From positions 62,001 through 126,000 of the forward strand of contig JADIIX010000012.1 of assembly GCA_027604505.1 (NCBI GenBank): 64,000 bases of DNA, given 5' to 3'. Positions 53,202 to 64,000 of this stretch are shown here, piece after piece (position 1 is the stretch's first letter; every line of letters starts with the position of its first letter). Made by a program: the position numbers and the translations under genes. Origin of the DNA: Gonapodya sp. JEL0774 (Eukaryota). Below the pieces are notes generated by a model. The model was not told where the DNA came from and searched no databases. It saw only the letters and a program-made list of their open reading frames with translations.

Positions 53202-55951
53202 ATGGAGATTGACCGAGACGAACTCCCCGGCCTTTGGAGGCTCTGGGAGGTCAGTGAGTCCGATGTGTCATTGACACAGGAAAGGCTCGGTAGGGGCGGG
53301 GTCGGAACCGTTGTGCGGGGTGTCTGGAAGGGCCAGGTCGACGTGGCAGTGAAGACGGTGGAGTTCAAACAAGGCTACAGCAGGAAGGTGAGCCAGTCCC
53401 GTTCCAAGACTGACTGGGACAACCACCTCGTGTGCTGACGCTGTGTCTGGCTGACCAGGAATTCAATCGGGAGGCGAGAATCTGGCACAACATGTCGTCG
53501 CCAAGGATCCTACCACTCTTTGGGATCATTACCGAGGGCACAGTGTGGCGATTTCTCTCTCCAATCATGAAGAACGGGGACGTCAGAACCTATCTTGGGA
53601 CACTTCCATCTGGGTCTAAGAGACACGAGAAAACGCTTAGTCTGGGGAGTGCCAATCATCGCGAAATTTCAGCCAGTGGATAAAATTTAAGTCCCACACA
53701 GCTGCGTGATATCGCCGAGGGGATGGAATACCTACATAGTCGCAATGTGGTGCATGCAGACCTCAAACCAGAGCAGATCCTCGTGAATCAACATGAGCAA
53801 GCTGTTGTCACGGACTTCGGGTTTTCAAAGGTGGACCACGGCAGTTTGGTGAGCACCTACTTGAACTTTGAGTGTTCCACAGATGAGACCAACCACGGCC
53901 GTTGTTCAGATGAGACAAGAACCTGTTCCTGCCACACCAACTTCGATACGTGCTCCTATGTATGTTGATCCATGGATGGCCAATATCACGGTCACAGTCA
54001 CAGGAGCACGGCACGGCACTGCAAAATACATGTCACCAGAGCGGTTGCTGGGACGTGGCACAACAATTAAGGGCGATGTGTACGCGTTTGGCATCACCAT
54101 TTATGCAGTGAGTGGGAATATGTGAAAGGGTCGCCCAGCAGGCTCAACTGAAAAGCCAATCTGCATAGATGTGGACGCTTGAGCCGTTGTACCCACAGTT
54201 CAGAGCGTCGAATGAGTCCGCAAGAGCAGGCAGTAATTTGGCAACGTATTTGTGAGGGTGACCTTCGGCCCCTGCAATCGTCGTCCCCGACTCCGGCTGG
54301 TATGCCTTTGTGGCTCCGAAATCTCATGGAACAGTGCTGGCATCAGGACCCACTACAGCGCCCCGAATTTTCCATGATCAAAGGCATAATTACAGCAAAC
54401 ATGTGAGTTGTTGCAAATTCATGCTGCCGTCAAATACCTATATCTGTGGTGCAATCAAATTTCAGCCCCGAAACCCCTGCACCTGCAGCACTCCCCGCGT
54501 TTGACATCAACCCCAATTTGGATGTCGGTGCGCTTTTTGACCTTGCCAAGGCGGCCGCAGAGGCACGGGATCTCAACAGAGCGTCTCAGTTGTTTGCAAG
54601 AGCTGCGGAAATGGGGCACCCTGGAGCGCAGGAACGGCTCGCGTGGTATTACCAGAACGGACTGGGGATCCTCGAGAGATCACTTGAGCGTGCTGCAGAG
54701 TGGTACGCCAAAGCTTCGGAGCAGGGCAACATGGACGCACAAATCATTCTCGCGAAGTGGTACCAGGAGGGGATCGGTGTCTCTGTGAACGCTGGTAAAG
54801 CCGTGCAGCTGCTGGAGCACGTAGTCAAGATCTATCAGGGATTTCTGGCGGAGGACGACCCTAAGCGTCTCTCATCGCAGTACAACCTCTCTAAGGCGTA
54901 CCAGGATCATGGGCAGGTGGGCGAGGCTGTCAAGCTGCTGGAGCATGTGGTCGCCGTCCTAGGGAGAACAATAGTGGAGGACCACCCGTCCCATCTTGCT
55001 TCGCAGCACACCTTAGCCCAGGTGTACCTGTCAGATGGGCAGGTGGACAAGGCCGTCAAGCTGCTTGAGCACGTCATCTCCGTCCAATCGACAATTATGG
55101 CAGAGGACCACCCGTCCCGTCTCGCTTCGCAGGCCGTGCTTGCCCAGGCGTACCAGGCCAACGGGCAGGTGGGCGAGGCCATCAAGCTGCTGGTGCACGT
55201 CATCGCTGTCCAATCAACAAACATGGCAGAGGACCACCCGTCCCATCTCACGGCGCAAGTAGTGCTTGCCCAGGCGTACCTGGAAGATGGGCAGGTGGAC
55301 AAGGCCATCAACCTGCTAGGGCACGTCATAGCCATCGAATCCAGAGTCTTGGCGGAGGACCACCCGTCCCGTTTCACGTCGCAGCACACCCTTGCCCAGG
55401 CGTACCAGGCTGACGGGCAGGTGGCCAAGGCTGTCCAGCTGCTGGAGCACGTCGTCACCGTCAAATCGACAATTATGACAGAGGACCACCCTGACCGTCT
55501 CATGTCGCAGGCTGTGCTTGCCCAGGCATACTTGCACGACGGGCAGGTGAGCAAGGCTGTCACATTGCTGGAGCACGTCGTCGCTGTCCGAGGGAGAACG
55601 CTAATGGAGGACCACCCTGACCGAGTGGACTCAGAGTCCTGGCTGGCACACGCTCTCGGGTTGGACCGCCACAAAATGGAGCCCACTGTCGGGCACCAAC
55701 AGCATCTAGGTACGCCGCCTGATGCCGTGGCGGGAGTGGCTCTCTTGGAGGAAGAGGATGGTGGTGATGATGGTGGTGATGTTGGTGAACGCTTTGCTGG
55801 TGGTGGGAGGTCCGCGCTGATGGGTGGCAGCGGCGAGGTGGCAGCACTCCCACTCGATGGAGGAGCAGGACTGGTGCCGCCGAGTAAGAAGGGCAAGAAG
55901 AAGAGTGACAGCGTGGTTCAGAGACTGTGGAAGAAAATCACGGGGAACTAA
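53202..55951 (+). CDS. TKL-like protein kinase fused to SEL1 repeats and a 42-aa TPR array; kinase part appears disrupted, true start may be upstream
   Basis: LGRGGVGTV..VAVK, EFNREARIW, YLHSRNVVHADLKPEQIL..TDFG, GTAKYMSPE, CWHQDPLQRPEF. Intron 54403-54465 joins it in frame to SEL1 repeats (AAEMGHPGAQERLAWYYQNGLG) and the TPR repeats. Confidence 0.75.
54791..55650 (+). repeat. Coding tandem repeat, 126-bp unit x ~7 (TPR, kinesin-light-chain-like)
   Basis: The xEDxP motif recurs at 54848, 54974, 55100, 55226, 55352, 55478 and 55604 (exact 126-bp period) with high DNA identity between units. Confidence 0.95.
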
Positions 55952-58215
55952 GATGCTTTTAGGTGTGATGTGTTTCGTTTTTATTAGGGTCAAATTGGAC
56001 CGTGTGCTCGCTCGAACCATCAGCTGCGCTTCACATTCTAGAACTACCAGCCCCAAAGGTTCGACAGGCCTAGTCAAACCTTTCATAGTTGGTGGTTCTT
56101 TCAACAGGGGGGTGGTTTACAGGCCAGAATCGCCTGTACAGAAAACTGCCTTCATTGGTCTGACTATCCCGTTCATCCACCTTCACCAAGACCCATTTGC
56201 TCGGTAGTATCCGACGCCCCACATCGATCATCTTGTCATCATGTTGAGCGTTTGGCAGTTCAGTCTGGAGGGTGAAAGAGTCCGCGGCGGGTACCAATTT
56301 CGAGGGGAAAGGGCAGAGGTTGGCTGACAGGGATACACAGATGAGCAAATAATCATTGGGACGTGAAAGTAAACGTGCGAGCTCGCTGTGGCGGGCAATA
56401 CAGAGCAACACGGCATCTAATATATGAATATTAACCGACAGAACAACGGAGAGACTCACATTCACGCAGGAACGATTCTCCCACTTTTGCACCGTTTTCC
56501 CATCGATCATATCTCCGAATCAAGTTTGATATGCGCGGAGACGGTCCGCGTCGTGACCCGGTGGGCTAGAGAAGGTGAGAGGCTGAAATTGCACTCTAGA
56601 AAGCAATGGCCAACTGAGTTGTGTAAACTTAGTACGCGGAATCGTCTGACGGTGTGTGGAGAAAGGGGGGGGGGGGGCGGCGGAAGGAGTACAACATGGC
56701 GAACCGGAACACGGGGGCACGCTGCACGTGTTGAGGTGAGATATCGAGTGTATTGGACTCTGGCAAAAACAGGAATATGTCGATAGAACGATACGCGTGT
56801 GTCTCGAAAGGGGTGCCGTCCATTTGATTTTGTCACCTGTCCGCGCTGCTGTCTGGGCAGGCTCATGGCGGCAAGCAGGAACCACACATCGGGACAACCC
56901 AAGAAATTCATATGCGCGGACCGATGGATAATTTTCTTGTGCCATTACTTTTGAATTCCTGATTTGGTGTGCAAGACTGGCATGGGAAGTGCCGCTGTGC
57001 TCGGACTTCACGATATCAATGGTGTCACGTTCACACGATCAACAGAGAATGAAGATGAGGTGAGACCTTTTCGAATCAGACAAGTACATTCAGGCATGTA
57101 CCGAGTTACATTTTCTTTGGTTCACTGTATTACAATGCAACAATCTAAACAAACACAAGGTAGACGTGACCTTTTGATCTTTTGATCGATTAACGGCAAT
57201 GCTGTCTGTGAACATCACACCGATTCAAACTAGCGACCAGCTTGCAGGTGTGTTATACTTGCTTGTCCAGTGCGAAATAATGCTGACTTGACAGAGTCAA
57301 GCACAGAGTCAGTCCGAAACCTCGAGAACGACCAAAAGTACTTAGACTGAATAGAAATGCGATCTCACTCACTTTGGGTCATGGAATGTTTGCCGCGCTC
57401 AATACTTCATGTGTGTGACCAATGACTCCCGCGCTCTGCACTCACAAGTCGCAAGGGAACAAACAGAACACAGACACACAGAATTGTCTGTCTACCTGTT
57501 GGCACCGAACATGAAATGGGAGTAAGGTCAGGAAATGTGTAACGGGTATTTTGAGGTTTGCTTTATTGAGCCCGGACAGAGAGACAAGTGACAACAGTTG
57601 GTTTGGGGAGTCCGATGTCGCTGTTGCTTGCTTATTAGAGGAAGATCAACGAGTGAAAACAAAAATGAGAGTAGAACTAAAGTTTGGTCATCATTTCTCA
57701 AGCTCGCATCTCCCTTCAGTGTTTCCATTCGTTTCATGGCTCCCGGCGTGTCCGGAGGGCCTGCCAAACTCGTGCTCTTTGGCACGAAAAGGCAAGGGAC
57801 TACACAAAGTCCGGCGCGAACTCAAATCAAGTCACATGAAATGCAATTGGATTTAACAGCGCAGTTAACAAACTCTTTAGGGGTGAACCACTATGAATTC
57901 ATGCGAGCCAGTCTAGAAGCATTGTTGATATGAATTTATGTCTCGTATGATTATTTCCGCCCATGAATTCGTTTGAAATCACAAATTGCGTGTTAGTCCT
58001 GCTCGGGGGGATTCACCACCTGAAAACAGAGAACTCCACAGCCAACAAAGACACCGACGCTCAAAACTCGGGCATCTTTCGGGTTTTTCGGGTTTTCTGT
58101 TTCCCGGGCTCTGCAATCTGATCTGTCAAGAATCGACGTTTCTTCCCCGCTGTCCGGTTGTTGGACGGCATCGGTCCCCGGTCGCATCCTCCCTTCCGCC
58201 TTTCCCCCACTCGCG

Positions 58216-58641
58216 ATGCCCCGGATTCTGCGGATTCATCGCATCCGCTGTCAGCAATCACTCGGGTCGTGGTCAGTGAGGCAGCTCAATCCCCATGGAC
58301 TCGTCAATCCACTCCCGGCCCCCCCACCCGTCGCCCGCTCCATCCCCGCCCTTCCCACCCGCCCACTCCTGCCGCTGCTTGTCTCCCTCCCTTCCATTCC
58401 GCGCTCCCCCTTCACACCTCGCCTCTGCCCCCTCTCTTCCCCACCGACAATTCTCCCCCTGCCACCCCCTCTCCCACACACTCTGGCACAACTGAGACAC
58501 AACACTCGCGGAAACACCTACAGGCCAAACAACCTCAAACGCAAGAGGGTCGTCGGCTTCCTCGCGAGACTCAGGTCAAAGACCGGTCGAAAGATCCTCC
58601 AGAGGAGGAGCTTGAAGGGGAGGAAGTACTTGTCCCATTGA
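58216..58641 (+). CDS. MRPL34: Mitochondrial ribosomal protein L34
   Basis: C-terminal [44 protein letters not shown], preceded by a presequence-like N-terminus. Confidence 0.9.
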   Translation: MPRILRIHRIRCQQSLGSWSVRQLNPHGLVNPLPAPPPVARSIPALPTRPLLPLLVSLPSIPRSPFTPRLCPLSSPPTILPLPPPLPHTLAQLRHNTRGNTYRPNNLKRKRVVGFLARLRSKTGRKILQRRSLKGRKYLSH

Positions 58642-59557
58642 GCGTAGAGAGGGAAGGGTAGAGGCAGGGGCAGGGCAGTGGGATTGTTGTGCGAGGCGAG
58701 AGAGTGGAAGGATGTGGAAGGGTGAACGGTGGACAGTGAATGGTGTGGAGGATGGAGGGTGGGTGCGTCGGTGGATGGTGAAGGTTGGAGGGTGGTGGAT
58801 GGAGGAGGATAGAGGATGGACGAGTAGAGGGTGGATGTGCCGGTGTGAGCGCGTCACCACGGCCGACGCGCCGACATGACCCCTTACCCCACACTCCAGT
58901 CCCCATCTCCACCTAATCTCAGGGACCCTGGATTCTGGACTCCGGACTTTGTACGGACAGACCCACCGTGCGGTGTTGCAACAGTCTGAGCCTCACGGCC
59001 CGCACTTTGCCCGGCGATGGATCAAGGAATACTCCCCGCCCCCATGCATCATGTACAGTGTATCATCTAACGTGTACGTGCAAAATCACAATACCCTCAC
59101 CCAAAGCAGAAACTGCGAACGCGCACCCACCACCACCACCACCGTGTGTGTACCCACAGTGTACCACCTGTCCAGGGGCCGCCCCACCCACCCCAGTATC
59201 CCGTGGCTCCGTCTCGGTTCGAAGGGGGCACATCCGTGTGTGCCAGGTTCGAGATTTTGGGCTGTCAACCAATGTACATTTTACGTTTCACGGTACTCCC
59301 ACAGCGGGCCCAGCAGGCACCGGCCCGTGGGCTTCCATCCCTGCTCGACACACGCAGTTCGGGACTATGGGATTTGGGATGGTGGACCGTGGATTGCCAA
59401 CGGGTGCCTGGCGTGCATCCCGACTCGCCTCCTTCATTTTATTTTATTTTTTGTACATTTCCCAGGTTGGTACATTCCTACGTCCGGTCCCGAGTCCCCA
59501 TCCCCTCCTGTGCCCCTGTGCCCGTGTGTCCAAGTGTCCTGCCGCTCACCGGTCATA

Positions 59558-60095
59558 TCACCACTCCAAATCCATCCTCCACCCCGCACCACCCACCGCC
59601 ACACCGGTAGGCATTTTGAAAACCGTGGCGGATCCGGTCACTGTCCATTCCACCTCCACGTCCCTCTCCCCACGCACCCCCGACCACCGCACCCTCGCCC
59701 CCCTCAAACCCCCTTGCAACTCCGCCACCACCACCCTCTCCACTCTCATTTCCGCCTGCCCTCCGTCCCCGTCACTCCCCGCGGGTCCGCCCATCTCCAC
59801 CACCGCCTACAAGTCGTGCCCCTGGTGCACCGCGTGGGAGGACAACGAGGTACCGGTGAAGACGAACCGCCGCAGTACGTAAGGGGCTCGGTGGAGGTAG
59901 TCGAAGGACGAGCCGTCGTCGGCGTAGACGAGGCCGGAGGATTTGCCCTGGCGGGGGGTGTGGGGTGGGGGGGGTGGTTGTGGTGGGGGAATGTCACTCC
60001 ACGTCTAACCTTTGCCACCTCCCTCTCTCCTCCGTCCCCATCCAGCGCGACGACCAAAGTATACGGGTCCATCGCCGTCACCGCCGATGGCAGCC
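59558..60095 (-). pseudogene. Truncated tandem duplicate of the glucosidase II alpha 3' exons
   Basis: Near-copy of 60915-61450 ([12 protein letters not shown]|..[18 protein letters not shown]) at an offset of ~1357 bp. It has an in-frame TAG at 59807-59809 where the intact copy has CAG, and no upstream exons. Confidence 0.85.
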
Positions 60096-60914
60096 AGCAA
60101 GTTTTCATTCGAAAGCCCTGCTTGTCAGTAAAGTAAAGTCGCTTTTTGTGCTGGCGTGGATCTTTTCGTCACTTCCACATCCTCAGCAATGTCTGCCTCC
60201 GTTCCAGTGGACCGGGTCTTCCTCATCCCAGCTCTTTGATCAGTGAGCTCGAGCTCGCTGCTTGTGGGTACCATTAGACGTGTTCGTTCAATTAACTAGC
60301 TAGGCAGGTCCGAGTGCTGTATTCGACAGAATGGACATTGTTTCTGGTGGAGCATTGGATCCCGGATCCCGGATCCCGGTCGCGAGATTTCACTGTAGAG
60401 GGGCCGTATCGGCAAAGAAATCCCATCCACGCAAATTTTGATCGCCATTTTTCATTTTGTTTTGCTCATCAGTTGATGAAAATTCTCGGTGGATTAGTGT
60501 ATCCCAAACGGCTGAAAACAGACGCCAACTGCAGCAAGGAATTTGAGGCAACCATCATGAAGGCATCGAGGAGATATCGCAGCCGAAAACTCACCTTTGT
60601 CTCATTTCGAATGACGGGAAGGGCGCCTGTCAGAAACCACTTTGATCGAAGCGGATGGAGCTGCCGGAACAGGACGCATGATTGTGCAAGTGCGTGCAAC
60701 CCCCACCAGCCCCCGGTACTCTGGACCACGGACCACGGACGGGCCGACCGTGCGATGTTCGAACAGTCTGAGCTAACATAACTACTCTTTTTTTTAATTT
60801 TCCTACATTGGTACGTTCCTACATCCGGTCCCGAGTCCCCATCCCCTACCATCCTCCCTTCCCCGCCCGTATGCCCCTACGCCCGTGTCAGTGTCCGTCC
60901 GCTCACCGGTGGTG

Positions 60915-63900
60915 TCACCACTCCAAATCCATCCTCCACCCCGCACCACCCACCCGTACACCGGGGGGCATTTTGAAAACCGTGGCGGATCCGGTCACTG
61001 TCCATTCCACCTCCACGTCCCTCTCCCCACCCACACCCAACCACCGCACACTCGCTCCCCTCAAACCCCCCCTCAACCCCGCCACCACCACCCTCTCCAC
61101 CCTCACTCCCGCCTGGCCCGCCTCCCCCCCGTCCTCTGCTGGCCCGCCCATCTCCACCACTGCCTGCAAGTCGCGCACTGGGTCCACCGCGCGGGAGGAC
61201 AACGAGGTGCCGTCGAACACGAATCGCCGCAGCACGTACGCGCCTCGGTGGAGGTAGTCGAAGGACGAGCCGTCGTCAGCGTAGAGGAGGCCGGAGGATT
61301 TGCCCTGGGGTGGGGGGAGTTGTGGTGAGGGTTTGGGGGGGGGAAAGTCTCTCCACGTCAGACCTTTGCCACCCTCCCTCCTACCTCCCTCCCCAACCCA
61401 CCTCCCTATCCAACGCCACGACCAAAGTATACGGGTCCATCGCCATCAGCGCCGAGCTCCGTCGAGGCCTGTCCCTCCGGGGCACGATGTGCCCGCCTCG
61501 CAAGAACACCGGGATCTTGTCCAGTGGGGTCACAACGGTGGCGTAGGTCGGCGACATGAGAGTGCCCTTGACGACGGTGAAGGTGTCGTAGTCGTACCAC
61601 GTCTGCGAGTAAAACAAAAACAAAGGATAAAATGCAACGCCGTTCTGATTGAGCATCTCCGACTGAAAAGATCTCGGAACACACAAAACAAAGAAAAAAC
61701 ACAACAATACTTCACCTCGTTGTCTGGCAAGTACACCGCCACGCTCGTCGTGTCCTTGGCCACCACGGGTTTGACCATGATAGCCGCCCCGACCATGTAC
61801 TGATCCTCCATCCCGAACACGTTTTCATCCCTGGGAAACTCCACGACCATGGCTCGCATCACGGGCACTCCCGTGACGTGCGCTTCGAAAAAGAGCGTAT
61901 ACCAGTAGGGCAGGAGGCGGTACCGCTCCATGATCGCAGCGCGGACCAGAGACGTCGTCGCGTCGTCGAAAACCCATGGCTCTTTGCGCTTAGCGTCGAT
62001 ATGGGAGTGGCCGCGGAAAAAGGGTTGGTAGGCGCCGGCCTGGAACCAGCGGGTGAAGAGGTCAGGGTCCGGGTTGCCAAAGAAGCCACCGACGTCGGCT
62101 GATATCAGCGTCAGCCGTCAAAGAAAAAAAAATCTCGGGTTACTTTTTTGGGGGGGATATTTTTCAACGCGGAACTTACCTCCGGAAAATGTGATGCCGG
62201 CAACATTCAACGACAGCATCATGGGTACGGAAGCGGCCAAGTGTTCCCAGTTGGCCTAGAGCAGGTCAACATACCAGGAGGGGTTGCCAAATTGTTTGCC
62301 ACGTATTTGCAACGACAGCTGAGCAAGGTTTGTTACCATGTTATCTCCGGTCCAAATCGCTCCGTAACGTTGTGTCCCGACGAAGAAGCTCCGTGACAAA
62401 ATGAACGGTCGGCGAGTCCCTTTCTGCCGAGCGAGGAGACCCTCATACGTCGCGATATTCTTTCGCAAAATGACCGGTTAGTGCGAATTTACGTCGGGAT
62501 GTGTACAACAGCAACATCAACACATACTTGGAGGAAACCGTAGATATTGTGAACAGCCCTGTGCTCCACGTCATTCTCGTGTAACGCATCTTTTGGAGCT
62601 GTAATCTCGGGGCCTGTGAAGACCGATGGCTCGTTCATGTCAATCCACGTCCAGAGTGTCTCGGAAGAACCCTTGAAACAAGGCCCGCCCATGTGCATGT
62701 TAAACTCTTTGGTTCTTCACAAAACAAGTGGGTGCACCTGTCACGAAATCACCTCATACTTGTCCAGTGAATACTGACTCGCCCACCATTTACGCGTCAC
62801 ATCCTTCAAGAAATCAGGCCATATAGAACTCCCAGGCCAACACCATCCGTCAAACTCGGTCTTGTCCTTTGTTAGCATCTGCAGTCCCTTCTCTTGTGCC
62901 TCCTGGTACAAGAAATAGCCGCTGTCTTTTTTCACGTGCGGGTCGGTGATTGTCACCATCTGACGACCCTTCACCGCCAGTTTGGAGAGCATATCTTTGG
63001 GATTTGGAAACTTGACAGAGTCCCACGTGAAATATTTCTTCGAGTCGGTATGCTCGATATCAAGCCATAAGACGTCCATGGGAATATCATGCTTGTCAAA
63101 GTTCTCGTCAACTTCCGAAACGTCCTTTTCGTCAATGTAGTTCCAGCGGCACTGGTGATAAGCGATCGCAAACTGCTGTGGAAGGGCAGCAGTACCAGTG
63201 AGCTGACCGTACTGTCGGAAGAATGATGGCCAAGTTGGGCCAGAGAACAAAATGAGATCCAGTGGACCAGATTCAGTCATGAAATGAACACGGGATGATG
63301 GAACAGAGTCGAAGGGGCTCGGTACACGGTCCGGTTTTGCGTCGTCGGAATGAAGCTCGTCGGGCGGTTTACTTGGAGTCACGACGTCGTCGCCAGAAGA
63401 CAAGCTGGGAACAAACCGAGAGAGCAAATATTTTGAAAAGGGGCTCTGCTTTATAACTTCCGGAATGTAGTCTGAGACAGAGGACATGGCGGTTCTAACG
63501 GTGGTTCGAACATGTGATAACTGGTAACACACGCTTCAGACATGGGGAAGATTCAACAAAGCATGAAAATTCATAAAAACGCACCATTGTTTTTTCATTC
63601 GTTCCTTGCTCGATGTCCACCCATAACTCGGCTGAGCTCAGCAACAGCGCTCCTCCTGTCCAGCCGCTGCGATGTGCGACGACCAACGGAACAATGCCGT
63701 ACAGGGACATGGGATTGTTCAGCTCATACTCAAAGACATCAGCATTATAGCCTCGATATGGTTCATTGTACGGAGCCTCTGCCCCACTGAGAGAATGTCG
63801 AACCACAAAACAGCCTTTGAACATAGCGAGAGTCAAGTTCAAGGCATCGATTTGCCGGGGACTTACCGAGTTGCCTTGAGGGAGAATGATGAGGCGTGCT

Positions 63901-64000
63901 CAGGAAGACCGTAAACATTCTTCACGTTGGGGAAGGTAACATCGATTCCAAACGATTCCGGACCTTGGAAACCCCCCAGAATCATATGGCACCCATTATC
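60915..64000 (-). CDS. GLS2: Glucosidase II alpha subunit (GH31); 5'-partial
   Basis: [93 protein letters not shown]. Confidence 0.95.

Noticed and set aside
54791..55650. CRISPR-like repeat array
   Set aside because: The units are contiguous in-frame 126-bp coding repeats with no unique spacers or cas genes, in a eukaryotic context.
60357..60379. GGATCCC x3 short tandem repeat in the spacer between the duplicated copies
   Set aside because: Too short to support a function; consistent with simple slippage.

Overview
This is eukaryotic, intron-rich genomic DNA with short GT-AG introns and about 25 protein genes. The C-terminus of an axonemal-type dynein heavy chain, together with a chitin deacetylase and fungal-type NudE, syntaxin and forkhead genes, suggests a zoosporic (chytrid-grade) fungus; this is an inference. 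I stitched the gene models by hand across splice sites, so boundaries are approximate, and all family calls come from motif recognition rather than database searches. Recognisable genes: dynein HC (3' end), histidine phosphatase, ABCF/GCN20, FHA-forkhead TF, MPP-beta, chitin deacetylase, F-box protein, syntaxin, NudE, glutaminyl cyclase, cytochrome c1, paraoxonase-like, OB-fold protein, FANCE-like, I78 inhibitor, C2H2 TF, SKA3-like, hemerythrin, NT5C3, ankyrin-RasGEF, kinase-SEL1-TPR, MRPL34 and glucosidase II alpha (with a tandem pseudogene copy of its 3' end). The most notable observations are: (1) an NLR-like kinase-SEL1-TPR gene with a 126-bp variable repeat array and a damaged kinase; (2) 4-6 nt micro-exons, two of them consecutive in the GCN20 D-loop; (3) a multi-exon uncharacterised gene invisible to the ORF track; (4) animal/plant-type SKA3-like and FANCE-like genes; (5) introns with G/GT-rich 5' arms and C/AC-rich 3' arms; (6) a bacterial-looking histidine phosphatase. 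I could not support any rRNA, tRNA, CRISPR array or intact transposon.
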